The notes under the pieces are model-generated. The model made no database searches, had not been told where the DNA came from, and was given only the letters and a program-made list of their open reading frames with translations. Shown piece by piece: positions 27,925 through 40,177 of a stretch of DNA of 64,000 nt (its first letter is position 1; every line of letters starts with the position of its first letter). The translations under genes were made by a program, and so were the position numbers. Source of the DNA: Octopus vulgaris (lineage: Eukaryota); contig OX597825.1 in the NCBI GenBank assembly GCA_951406725.2, forward strand, positions 29,078,001-29,142,000, read 5' to 3'.

Positions 27925-28133
27925 CAGCATCATTACTACCATCATCATCATCATGATGAACATCATCATCATCGTCAGCATCATCATCATCATCATCGTC
28001 ATCATCATCACCGTCATCATCAACATCATCATCATGATCATCATCATGATCATCATCATGATCATCATCATCATCATCATCATCATCATTATCATCATCT
28101 TCATCATCACTACCACCACCACCACCACCACCA

Positions 28134-28178
<45 letters not shown>

Positions 28179-28322
28179 TATCATCATCATCATCATCATC
28201 TTCATCATCACTACCACCACCACCACCACCACCACATCATCATCATCGTCAGCATCATCATCATCATCATCGTCATCATCATCACCGTCATCATCAACAT
28301 CATCATCATGATCATCATCATG

Positions 28323-28379
<57 letters not shown>

Positions 28380-28407
28380 TTCATCATCACTACCACCACC
28401 ACCACCA

Positions 28408-28448
<41 letters not shown>

Positions 28449-29225
28449 CCACCGTGCCTATCATCGTTGTCCTCTATATTATCGCTATCGTCATCATTAT
28501 CCGCATCGTTATCGCGACCGTTGTCGTCATCAACATCGTTATCATCAACATCATCGTCAGCGTTATCATCATCATCGTCAGCATCCTCCTTTTCCACTTC
28601 CTCCTCGTCCTCGTTATCATCATCATCATCATCATCATCATCATTATTCTCGTCATCTGTGCCAAAGAAATCTGCACTTCATTTGCGATATTACATCATT
28701 GTCATCAACTTAGGCATAATTAACAACGTCACTATCATCATCATCATAAACAACAACAACTGCGTATGTAATTACCCACCTGCTTTTATTATGATTACCA
28801 TTTACCACCACCACCATTGACACTACCATGATCACTATCAGCAGCGCAATCACGAATGACAGATACTTCACCACCACCACCACCACCACCACCACGAAGA
28901 CCCACCACCACCAGCAGCACCAGCGCTACCGGCACCATCACAACCACCACCACCACCACCACCATCCCTATCAGCAATGCAATCACGACTGATACCTACC
29001 CTCCCAACCAGCACTACCACCACCACCACCACCACCACCACCACCAAAACCCACCACCACCAAAACCCACCACCACCAGCACCACCAGCGCAACCGGCAC
29101 CACCACAACCACCACCACCACCACCACCACCACCATCACTATCAGCAGTGCAATCACGACTGACACCTACGCCCCCAACCACCACCACCACCACCACCAC
29201 CACCACCGACACCAATGTCACTACT
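27925..29225. repeat. Compound (CAT)n/(CAC)n microsatellite field with higher-order duplications
   Basis: Identical interruption patterns at about 27961 and 28235. TATCAGCA..GCAATCACGA.TGA recurs at about 28836, 28969 and 29140. Confidence 0.85.
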
Positions 29226-30494
29226 GCTATCTCGTTATGGTGGTTGTCATTGTTTCAGCTGTAAAAATCGATAATGTTCGAAAAAGCGTTGCAGGAATCT
29301 GTGTTATCACACAACGGATCTCTAGTTCTGATGAAGAGATGGTATTTTACTTCAGGGTAGTCTGGGTCAAGCACCAAACATCGTTGAATTTAAAAGCCAG
29401 CATCACCCTTAACACACCTTTTGCTTTTACACCTGTTGCGTCATAATGCGAGTCATCCTCCTCACATACCGCTACTATGTGGTCAATAGTTTTACTAGAA
29501 ATAGCAACTAAATCTCTCTCACTGTGTATCTAGAACATTGGTTTCCCAGCATTTTATATTTTAGCTTGGAGTCCCTTTTTTTTACCGAAAAAACATCCCC
29601 TACATATTATTCGCAACCTTAATAATAATAACTAATTCTTTATATTGTAGACAAAAAGCTTGGAATTTTGCGAGGAAGTAGTAGTGGTGGTGGTGGTGGT
29701 GGCGTGTGTGTGTGTGTGTGGTGGGCTAGTCGATTACATTGACCCCAGTGCTCAACTGGTACTTATTTCAACAACCCCTAAAAAGATGAACGACGAAGTT
29801 GATATCAGAATGAAATGTCGTTAAGCATTTTGCGCGCTGCCTTTTAAGTAATAACAATAGTAATAAATGAAATAGATAAATAGAGCCCTTGCTTCTAAAT
29901 AAAGTGTTTTCATCTCTAGCATCTCCAACAGTCACCAAATCCAACACCTGACCCTCTCGTGCGATTTAAGCCTCTAAAGTTCGTTTGAACCGCTTGTATT
30001 GACGGGAGAAGGAGCGAAGGCGGTTACTGGTGCTTTAAAACCAATGTTTCGAGCAGAAGGAACTCAATAATCTGAAAATACAGAGGGGTGGAACGCTGTT
30101 TACAAATCTCTGCTGCCTCGCAGCAATCCCTATAGTGAAGGTTTCAGGAGCAAATTTGGGAAAAATAATCTACTTAAGTCCCTAAAGCAGTCCAACGTTG
30201 TTTTCAATATTGTTTCCTTGATTTCTGTGCTAACACTGGCGCTACGCTGTGCTAGGCCTTGTTATTCCTTTGGAGACGGTATCCCTTCTGCATGAGCAAC
30301 TGCTCGTCTCCTGTACTAACTCTACCAAGGCCTGCGCCCTGGAGAGGACACTCAAATATTATATCGCTTTACCAGAAGTATATATTGCAGTGATTTATCA
30401 TCTATATTGTGTAGTTTTTATACGTAGTTTTTATACTATCCAATCCAGTATGTTACGCCTTTTAGATAATCGCAAGAGTTAGTGTATTTTTATA

Positions 30495-30705
30495 CGAGGC
30501 GGTGCTAAAAAGATCATAGCTTTGGGTAAAAGAAAATACAGGATCAGTCGATAATAATTTTATTCAACATATTTCCTTCTCAGATTCACACATTTATTGC
30601 AGTGATACTTCAGTTTTTCTAAGCCCTGTAAAAGAACTTGGAAGGTCGAGTTTCCAACCGAGTTTTTCGTGATACCCTTAAAGTCAAGGATTTTTCAGCA
30701 CCTCG
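30495..30705. mobile_element. mariner-like MITE
   Basis: TA-CGAGGCGGTGCTAAAAAG at the left and TTTTTCAGCACCTCG at the right form imperfect TIRs. About 210 bp. Confidence 0.65.
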
Positions 30706-31351
30706 CAAAACACGATAGCTATTGAAGAAGACTTCTAATGAAATCCTATGCGATCTTGCTACATCATCAGACACGCTTTTTGCTCACTAATAACACAACG
30801 TCGTTTCATTTCAGATTTTAATCCCGACAAATATATGTATTTTTTTTTCATTTTTAACTTTTTTGCTTTGTTCTGGAAATGTGTTTAAAATAAGAGTGTT
30901 GTATTTCATTAAAATATTCTATTTTTATGAAAAAACACCCAGGGCCCACCACAACACCTCTTTGACATTTTCAACTCCGGTGTGTGCTTACAACGCCTCC
31001 AAGGGTGTGTTACCACTCTGATTAAAAACCGCTCTTCTAGAATTATTATGTCTAAAGAAAAAAAAATTAAGAATGATCATTATGGTTTCAATGGCCTTAA
31101 TCATAAGTCTGCTCAACCAGAATTGGTTTAAAGCTAAATGACAATAGCTACAACAACAACAACAACTGCGGCATCACTATCGTTATCATCATCAGCAGCA
31201 GCAGCAGCAACATGGACAACGACAAAAACGTAGGCCAAGCAGCTTTCCTTTCCTAAAACTGCGACGCTCCAAAAACACAGACCAGCTGAATACCAATTGC
31301 AATTACCTCGCCAATATAGAACAGCTGCAGCCTCGATGAGCATGCTCTACT

Positions 31352-31405
<54 letters not shown>

Positions 31406-31744
31406 AGAGGAGGAGGAGGGGTTGTAGTGTTGGTAACATTCAGTACATGTTACGGATGGCGTTACAAGATATCTAAGACGTGTGGCGCTGAACATGCAGA
31501 CACACACACACCTATATATGAATGGACTAAGTGGAGCAAGAATAGACACGAGGGTGTAAAGTGTCGCTGAAGAGGTCACAAAGGTGTGACGAAAGATTTG
31601 CGGACCATGGACATGAGTTAGAATAAGAACATTAATAAATGTGTGAAAAATAAATATATCGTGCGTGTGTTTATTTGGCACCCCCACCCCCAAAAATGAC
31701 CATCCCGAAATACAATGATGTATATATATATATATTTATATATA

Positions 31745-31904
31745 TGGCGAACTTCTTTCAGTTTTAATCTACCAAATTCACTGACAAGGCTTTGGTAACG
31801 TTCAGAATTATCATAGAAGACTATTGCCCAAGGTACCACCCAGTGGGACTCAACCCAAGACCACGTAGTTGGGAACCGAGATTCTCAGCACACACCCACG
31901 CCTG
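31745..31904 (-). mobile_element. SINE family A head half, old
   Basis: Matches the family A 5' half with divergence. Confidence 0.75.
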
Positions 31905-31930
31905 CAGCATGGTCTTTCCTCTCTCCCTTC

Positions 31931-31963
31931 TGTCTGACGAAGGTCCATGCTTGAAACGTTATG
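31931..31963 (+). ncRNA. Minimal type I hammerhead-ribozyme-like motif
   Basis: CTGACGA-AGG(TCCATG)CTT-GAA-ACGT-T. Canonical core, 3-bp stem II, palindromic ACGT stem III. Stem I is weak (TGT/ATG with wobbles). Confidence 0.55.
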
Positions 31964-32120
31964 CACTCTTATTTGTTTTCTGCCTTTCACTGAAACGTCA
32001 GTTTAATATATTCCATGTGTTTATCCTTTTGACTTCTGGCGTTTTGTTATTTTTGTTTTTCGATTTTCTAATGTGAGCGCGTGTGTATTTTGTATTTTGT
32101 TTGTGTTTTGTTTTTCTTTT

Positions 32121-32533
32121 ATTCTTTTACTTGTTTAAGTCATTTGACTGTGGTCATGCTGGAGCACCGCCTTTAGTCGAGCAAATCGACCCCCCAGGAC
32201 TTATTCGTTGTAAGCCTAGTACTTATTCTATCGGTCTCTTTTTGCCGAACCGCTAAGTTACGGGGACGTAAACACACCAGCATCGGTTGTCAATCGATGT
32301 TGGGGTGGGGACAAACACAGGCACAGAAACACATACACACACATACATATACATATATATACATATATACGACGGGTTTCTTTCAGTTTCCGTCTAGCAA
32401 ATCCACTCACAAGGCTTTGGTCGGCCTGAGGCTATAGTAGAAGACACTTGCCCAAGGTACTACGCAGTGGGACTGAACCCGGAAGCATGTGGTTGGTAAG
32501 CAAGCTACTTACCTCACAGCCACTCCTACGCCT
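32121..32533 (-). mobile_element. SINE family A, full length
   Basis: Near-consensus copy. Confidence 0.93.
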
Positions 32534-33034
32534 GTGTGTGTGGTTTGTGTGTGTATGTGTATGTATGGATATATATATATATATACACACGCACACATGC
32601 ACATATACACTGAGAAAGGAGAGGAGGCGAGAGGAAGAGTGGGAGAGAGTAAGATGACGAGGACGACAAAAAAACAGGACGGGCGTCAGTGGGAGCATAA
32701 CAATATAAGACAAGGCATAAAAAAATTGCAGCCATCACAACGTTCATCACTTTCTATAACAACAACACCAGGAGTGACATCGGCAGCAACAACAACAACA
32801 ACAACAGCAACATCAACAACAAGCAAAGCAACCAGAAATCCAAAAACAAATATTGGAAGAAGCTTAAAGTAAAAACAGAAGGTTAAAAAAAAAGCCAAAG
32901 AAATTTTTTTTTTATTCTCAGTAATTAATTAATTTTCCGTTTATTCTTCAATTTAATTTATTTTATTATGTTTTACTTTTATTTAACATTTGTGTTTGTT
33001 AAATTTTATCTCATTTCCTCTCTGTTTATTATTT

Positions 33035-33248
33035 CGTTCTCCTCTCTCTCTCTCTCTCTTTCTCTCTCCCTCTCTCTCTCTCTATCTTTCTCTCTCCCTC
33101 TTTCTCTCTCTCCCTTTCTCTCTCTCTCTCCTTCTCTCTCCCTCTTTCTCTCTCTCCCTTTCTCTCTCTCTCTCCTTCTCTCTCCCTCTTTCTCTCTCTC
33201 CCTTTCTCTCTCTCTCTCCCTTTCTCTCCCTCTTTCTCTCTCTCCCTT

Positions 33249-33284
<36 letters not shown>

Positions 33285-33285
33285 A
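33035..33285. repeat. Polypyrimidine (CT-rich) tract
   Basis: About 250 bp almost entirely C/T. Confidence 0.95.
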
Positions 33286-33504
33286 CACACACACACAAAC
33301 ATACTCATGCTTGCACACACATGCCTACACACCCACACACAACGTCTCGCTACTCCTTGACCTTCTCATTCACTTTCACTTTCTGTTTTTCTTTCAAACT
33401 TTCATTCATTCATTCATACACCCCACCCACACCCAACAATCGTTCTTTAATCCCTTAAACCTTCTCTTTTCCCACCCGTCTCTCACTCTCTAATTCCCTC
33501 TCCT

Positions 33505-34315
33505 TATACTTCTGTACACACACACGTTTGTCCAAACGCATCTACACCACATACACACATACACACACATTATCTTTCGATCTTCCCTTAACATCTCTTC
33601 ATCATCTCTCTCTCTCTCTCTTCATCACTCTCTCTATCTCTCTGTTGCTGTCTCCCTCTCTGTCTCTCTTTATTCTCTCTCTATATACTTAGACGTTTGT
33701 ACAAACACATCTACACCACATACACACATACACACATATCATCTTTCGATCTTCCCTTAACGTCTCTTCCTCGTCTCTCTCTCTCTCTCTCTCTTCATCA
33801 TTCTCTCTCTCTCTGTCTCTCTGTCTCTGTCTCCCTCTCTTTCTCACTCTTATTCTCTCTCTCTATACTTCTGTACACACACACGTTTGTATAAACACAT
33901 CTACACATACACACATACATACATATTATCTTTCGATCTCCCCTTAATGTCTCTTCCTCGTCTCTCTCTCTCTCTTCATCACTCTCTCTCTGTCTCTCTC
34001 TCTCTCTATTTTTGTCTCCCTCTCTTTCTCTCCCTTATTCTCTCTCTACTTCTGTACATACACGTTTGTACAAACGCATCTACACATACACACGTACACA
34101 CACATATTATATTTCGTTCTTCCCTTAACATCTCTTTCTTTCTTTTTTCCGCGCCTCTCTCTGCCCCTCTCTCTCTCACTTCCTCTCTCTCTCACTTCCT
34201 CTCTCTCTCACTTCCTCTCTCTCTCACTTCCTCTCTCTCTCACTTCCTCTCTCTCTCACTTCCTCTCTCTCTCACTTCCTCTCTCTCTCACTTCCTCTCT
34301 CTCTCACTTTCTCTC
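33505..34315. repeat. About 180-bp tandem repeat x3.5, followed by a (CTCTCTCACTTC)-type array
   Basis: ACGTTTGT..AAAC.CATCTACAC...ATCTTTCGATCTTCCCTTAAC.TCTCTTC recurs near 33524, 33693, 33882 and 34062. Confidence 0.85.
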
Positions 34316-34665
34316 TCTCCGGTTCATTTGCAGTAGCAGTTGACTTAGTAAATTAGTTAAGGTTGACAAGCGAGATCTAATTGAAACGATCAGGATTCTT
34401 CTAATTATAATGAAAACGTCACTGTTTGACTCTGCATTTACTTCCATTTCGCTTCCATCCACGACCCACACACTAACTTCCGTTCCGGATACGTTTAACT
34501 CTAAACACTGAATTAAACGCAATCATGGTCTTCCTCGCTTTCCAACCACTTGAGAGACATGTCCAACCATCGAAATAGCCTCTCCGTAGAAGCTTGGCCT
34601 GTCAGAAATAAAAGCCAGATCTCCTTCAAAAGCAAGCATACATACATATATATATATACATTTAT

Positions 34666-34748
<83 letters not shown>

Positions 34749-34755
34749 TATATAT

Positions 34756-35157
34756 ACTCTTTTACGCTTTTACTTGTTTCAGTCATTTGACTGTGGCCAT
34801 GCTGGAGCACCGCCTTTTATTCGAGTAAATCGACCCAGGACTTATTCTTTGTAAGCCTAGTACTTATTCTATCGGTCGCTTTTGCCGAAACGCTAAGTTA
34901 CAGGAACGTAAACACACCAGCATCGGTTGTCAAGCGATGTTGGGGGGGGGGGGAAACAAACACAGACACACAAACACACACACATATACATATATACGAC
35001 GGGCTTCTTTCAGTTTGCATCTTACCAAATCCACTCACAAGGCTTTGGTCGACCCGAGGCTATAGTAGAAGACACTTGCCCAAGGTGCTACGCAATGGGA
35101 CTGAACCCGGAACCATGTGGTTGGTAAGCAAGCTACTTACCACACAGCCACTCCTGT
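34756..35157 (-). mobile_element. SINE family A, full length
   Basis: Near-consensus copy. Confidence 0.93.
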
Positions 35158-35159
35158 GT

Positions 35160-35397
35160 CTCTATATATTTTTACCTCCCTAGCTCTCCTGTGTGACCCT
35201 TCTGTCCGGCACTCGCTAGCCACTACACATTCTTTATTTTCTCTCCTTGTTTCTTTCTGTGTCCCTTTCTGTAGAAGAGCGTAGGCTCGAAACGTTAAAG
35301 ACTTTTTCACTTCCCGAGCATTAAACTAATACATCTGTTTGTTGTCTACACCACCTGTCTCCGTCTTTTGTTTTTTTCTTTTCTGAATTCTCCCCAT
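35160..35397 (+). mobile_element. Penelope-like pLTR-type fragment with hammerhead-like motif at 35265-35300
   Basis: CTTT-CTGTAGA-A-GAGC(GTAG)GCTC-GAA-ACGT-T-AAAG. Stems I and II pair, stem III is palindromic, and the core has one non-canonical base. Ends in TA repeats. Confidence 0.55.
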
Positions 35398-35884
35398 ACA
35401 TATATATATATATTGCTTCGGCATTACCGGACTAATAATTCAATATGCATATGCTTCAGAACGAACAATCAGTATAGTACTGAGCAGTAATAAGAAAATG
35501 AGATGATAAAGAGAGAAGGGAAAGAGTCATAATAGGTAGGTGTTGATAGTGTACAAACAAAGCAGATGGCCATATACGTTAGAATATGTACTTAAAAGCG
35601 TTGACATACATATCAGACTTGCACACACACACACACACACATACACACACACATACACACACACACACACATCAAGACATACAGCTAAATGCATTACCTA
35701 AATATAATGCTAGCTAAATCTACATACACTTAGTTCGCTGCAGACCACGTCAGTGGAGGAACCTTGAATAAAGTTGCATAGACCGATAATCAGCTGAAAG
35801 TAACTGGATGCAAATACATTTGCGATATGTCTATGAAGCGTGTTGTCTATGCAGCGAGATGTCTATGGTAGTAAGAGTATAGTA

Positions 35885-36120
35885 AGGTGGCGAGCTGGCA
35901 GAATCGTTAGCACGCCGGGCGAAATGCATAGCCGTATTTCGTCTGCCGTTACGTTCTGAGTTCAAATTCCGCCGAGGTCGACTTTGCCTTTCATCCTTTC
36001 GGGGTCGATTAAATAAGTACCGGTTACGCACTGGGGTCGATGTAATCGACTTAATCCGTTTGTCTGTCCTTGTTTGTCCGCTCTGTGTTTATCCCCTTGT
36101 GGGTAGTAAAGAAATAGGTA
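35885..36120 (+). mobile_element. SINE family B2, young monomer
   Basis: Head GGTGGCGAGCTGGCAGAATCGTTAGCACG plus Meta-like core, ending AAAGAAATAGGTA with no simple-repeat tail. Confidence 0.92.
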
Positions 36121-36208
36121 GTAAGATTGTACTTCGAAATCTAGCTGCCATATGGTTGGTAATACTCTCGTATACATACATACATACATACATACATACA
36201 TACATACA

Positions 36209-36239
<31 letters not shown>

Positions 36240-37879
36240 GTACTATGTTCAAATTCTCTGCATATACAAGGTTGCATATTTGTATAGCACTTACAATTCT
36301 ACACGGCTGCACTAACTCAATCTATTAGGAGAAAGTATCGTGTTACAAGTGATAGACTGGCTTCCTATCCAGGATGTGATTTTTTTCTCCTCTGATTAAT
36401 GGCATGAAACCCGAATTAATCATCGGCAAATAAGAGTAATTTTTTTCCTCTTTTTTTTTCATAACTGTATATAGTAAGTAAAGTATAGTGTGCAATTTAG
36501 TCGATAGAAAGGGCAGTGGGTTGCAGAACTGGTAGAATAAAGAGGCAAGTGTCGTATAGTAAATAATCGTTTCCCATTTCGTCCGATTTTCAAATCCTAC
36601 ACGAGTCGACTTCACTTTTCATTCTTCATGGGTCGGTTAAATAAATGCCGGTTCAGTATTGGAGCCTATTTCAGCGAGTATACCCTTCTATAACAACGTG
36701 TGATCTTGTGATTAAGTCAGAAATTCTTATTATTATGGATATTAAAATAGGAGAGTAGAATGGAAATGGTTTAGACGTCAACATGTACTGTATTCGATTA
36801 AACTGAAGTGAAATTTAGTGAGGGTGAGAGGAAAGTAGTAGATTGATTCCACCGATTCATACATATTTTATCATCGATCGTGAGTGAATGAAAGACAAAA
36901 ATAGACTACGGTACAATATTTAATCAGAACGTAAAGGGATGTAACTAAATATCCCAGACCTTTTTAACGATTTTGCTATGCCGCCGAATTTTTCTTTTTG
37001 TTTTCGGTATGAAGGAAATATTAATACAAACAATGCATTTTACTTTAGCAATGATATTATTTATTGAATGAAAAGAACGAAGCCAAAAAAATATATATGC
37101 AGAAAATATAATGGTACTATATTCCGAGATAATAATAAAAAAAAATCAACGATATAGCAAAGAACAAAGTAGTGATTCTATTCCAGCGCCAATGTTTGCT
37201 CATTCCATTTCGTCCTTATCTTGTTATTCTCTCCGTCGGATGCGTGGAATAGCATGTCATGAATTAAACTAGAAGAAGTTTCATTTTACGATCATGATTG
37301 AACAAAATAGAATTCGACGTCAGAAGATCGCATATCTAAACAAAATGGCGCTCCTAAATGGAGATACGACAGACGATCTTAATGGTTGACACGGAAAATG
37401 GCGTAGAGACCTGAATAGTCATTACATATTCTCGTCTGTTTTACTATTGCTATTTACTCTTGCTTTTGTACATTTTTTTATTGGTATTGCTGTTGCTATT
37501 TCTATTGTACTTTCATGGAACAAAATAGTTGAAAGCATATTGATAAATCAGAGAATAATAGAGAAAAGTAACCTCTCTTTCTTTTTTCCCCCTCTCTCAT
37601 TCTCTCTTTCTTAAATCTCTTACCATTTAATCTAGTCGCAGTGGCGAAGAGCTATATTCTTTGGAGTAAATAAAATGAATAGCCAGTGAAAATAGCTAGC
37701 TGTACGTGAATACGATTATGATATTACCGTTTCGCTAAAAACTTGTAACTACATGTTACACATAATTCAAATAACGATATTTTTGTTTCCGTCTTGTCAA
37801 TTTTAGATTTCGTTCTTTTAACTTCAAATCCCACAGATGCTGATTTAGCTTTTATTGGTCTTTTACTCGTTATGAATAT

Positions 37880-38615
37880 TGATTTCTTATATTGGCACAA
37901 GGCCACGGATAGTAGAGAATGAATAAAGCTGATTGAAATAATAAAGATTGGCTAAAATCGATTAAACGACCTCCAGTCTGGTACATTTATTATCGACCTC
38001 CGAAAATGATGAAAGGTAAAAGTTGACCCTGGAAGAATTTGAACTTAGATCATAGAGAGAGAAAACGAAATGCCACCAGCCATTTTGTCGGACTCTAAAT
38101 TAAAGAAAGAAAAGAAATATTGATTTCTAAATAGCGGCTCAAGGTCACAAATTCAGAAGCAAGAAGCGTATAGTTGAATATATATCATCGACTTAGCGAC
38201 CCGAGAAAGATGAAAATCAAAGTCGACGCTGGCGAAATTTGAACTCAGGAAGTTAAAAAAACGTAATTAAATATCGAATAGTATTTTCTCTGCCCCTCTA
38301 ACAAGTCTATACATTAATCCACTGCATTGCGCTCATTTGTGATATAAATCATTAATAATGTTAATAATAGTAATTCTTTCAATTTTTGGCACAAGGGCAG
38401 CAAATTTAATGGGAAAGGGCAAGTCGTTTACATCATCCCCGGTACTTGATTGGTACTTTATTTTATCGACCTCGTAAATAATAATCATCTGTACTATAGG
38501 CACAAAGCCTAAAATTTGGGGCTGGGAAAGGGGCTACTTGATTACATCGTCCCCAGTGCGTGACTGGTACTTGTTTTATCGACCCCAAAAGAATGGAAGC
38601 CAAGTTCATCTTCGG
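37880..38615 (-). mobile_element. Cluster of old SINE family B copies
   Basis: At least four partial cores (GGTAC...TATCGACC...GATGAAAG...GAATTTGAACT). Confidence 0.7.
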
Positions 38616-38616
38616 G

Positions 38617-38671
<55 letters not shown>

Positions 38672-38999
38672 TAATAATAATAATAATATTAATGATTATG
38701 ATGATGATGATGATTGCGATGATGATGATGATTTCTTTTATTTCCCACGGGGGCATAATGAGGGGTACATTACAAGAAGAGGCTTTGATTTGTTAAGGTT
38801 TTCCATAAAAAAGATGGAGGGAAGGGGAGAGAGAGACAGAGTGAAGAGAAGGAACAAGCTAAAAAGACATGGCTTATATAATCCTCCTGATATAGGATAG
38901 CCTCCAACTAGGGCCAGTCCAGAAATCTCAATAGAACCAGGATCACTCTGACCACAAATTCAACTGTCGTCCTCTGCTCTACATGAGCATGCAAAGAAC

Positions 39000-39240
39000 A
39001 GGATAGCCCTGTGTTGGTCGTTTCTCGCTTCATACCTGAAAGGTTTCCGTTGCATCATTGCGCAACACTAACTTCATGCTCACCAGACGGCTCTGTTAAT
39101 CATAATACACATTTTTCTCAGCTGAGACAACTGAAGCAACGGAAGATAAATAGTCTTGTCCAAGGACGACAATGCCACAACTGGACTAAAAATCGAACCT
39201 ATAAATTTATGAGGGGGTTACCCACTAGGTCACGCGCCTT
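39000..39240 (-). mobile_element. Old tRNA-derived SINE (CORE-like)
   Basis: Minus strand has a GGCGCGTGACCTAGTGG head, GGTTCGAT B box and CCTTGGACAAGAC motif. Confidence 0.5.
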
Positions 39241-39446
39241 CTTAATATACAATAAGTATTAATGCAATTTCATAAATTTGAAGGTCAAGTAGTTTCACTA
39301 AATGGACCCCAGTACGTAACTGGTACTCTTGGTACTCTATTTTATCGATCCTAGAAGCCATCATAGCAGAATATTAGTTCAGGATATATATACATAGATA
39401 GATAGATAGATATATACATATATATATATACATACATATATATATA

Positions 39447-39870
39447 CGACTGGGGTGTTAGGAAACACCTACATTGCTAGAAGAGCTGAACCGTTCTAAT
39501 TCTGTAGTCAACGCACAATGAATGAAAACCTATACACTAACAGAGACCACAATCGTCAGAAAGGTGGCGAACGAGAATTTTTTATAGTGACGCATCAGTT
39601 TCGGCAATTTCCGTTGCCTCATTAGTGAAGACGGCTCGACTTCGGCTCTTTCCGGACTCTCTTCACCATTAGTACTTATGTTTCCGTCATCCAAATAATA
39701 GGATGATTATGGTCCCTGCTAGTGTATGTGTTTTCCTTCTTGTGCGTTAACCACAGTATTAGAGCGGTTTAGCTCTTATTTCTAACGATCTAGGTGTTTC
39801 CTAACAACCTAGTCGCATTTAGTGACATTTGTAATTCTCCTATTTAGTGCAACATTGCAAACTGCTGTTT

Positions 39871-39880
<10 letters not shown>
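39447..39880. mobile_element. Asymmetric fold-back element in TA repeats with a decayed hammerhead-like core
   Basis: Diverged inverted arms of about 110 bp (39447-39556 and 39702-39816) plus a 64-bp unpaired tail. The minus strand at about 39588-39626 reads CTAATGA-GGCAA(CGGAAA)TTGCC-GAAAC-TGATGC-GTC. Confidence 0.65.
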
Positions 39881-39914
<34 letters not shown>

Positions 39915-39922
<8 letters not shown>

Positions 39923-40177
39923 TATATGTTACATTACTCGATAGTCAAGATAAAACTCTGAGTTTCAGATGCCGAAATGGGAATCCACGACATCTCTTCG
40001 GTTATCTGGCTATTTGAAAACGCTATGAAAATGTCGTGGATCCCCACTTCGGCATCTGAAACTCAGAGTTTTATCTTGACTATCGAGTAATGTAACATAT
40101 AATTGTATAGATAAATTTCCTCTATTTACATAATATTGAGGTCTCTTTCTTTCTTTTGTTATCTTACCGTTTTATCA

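Noticed and set aside
29327-29360. CTGATGAAGAG hammerhead-like start
   Set aside because: There is no GAAA after the potential stem II.
39995-40017. 19/23 match to miR-9-5p (TCTTCGGTTATCTGGCTATTTGA)
   Set aside because: The seed is mismatched, it lies in the hairpin loop rather than an arm, there is no star strand, and the bases are explained by the antisense hammerhead core and stem I.
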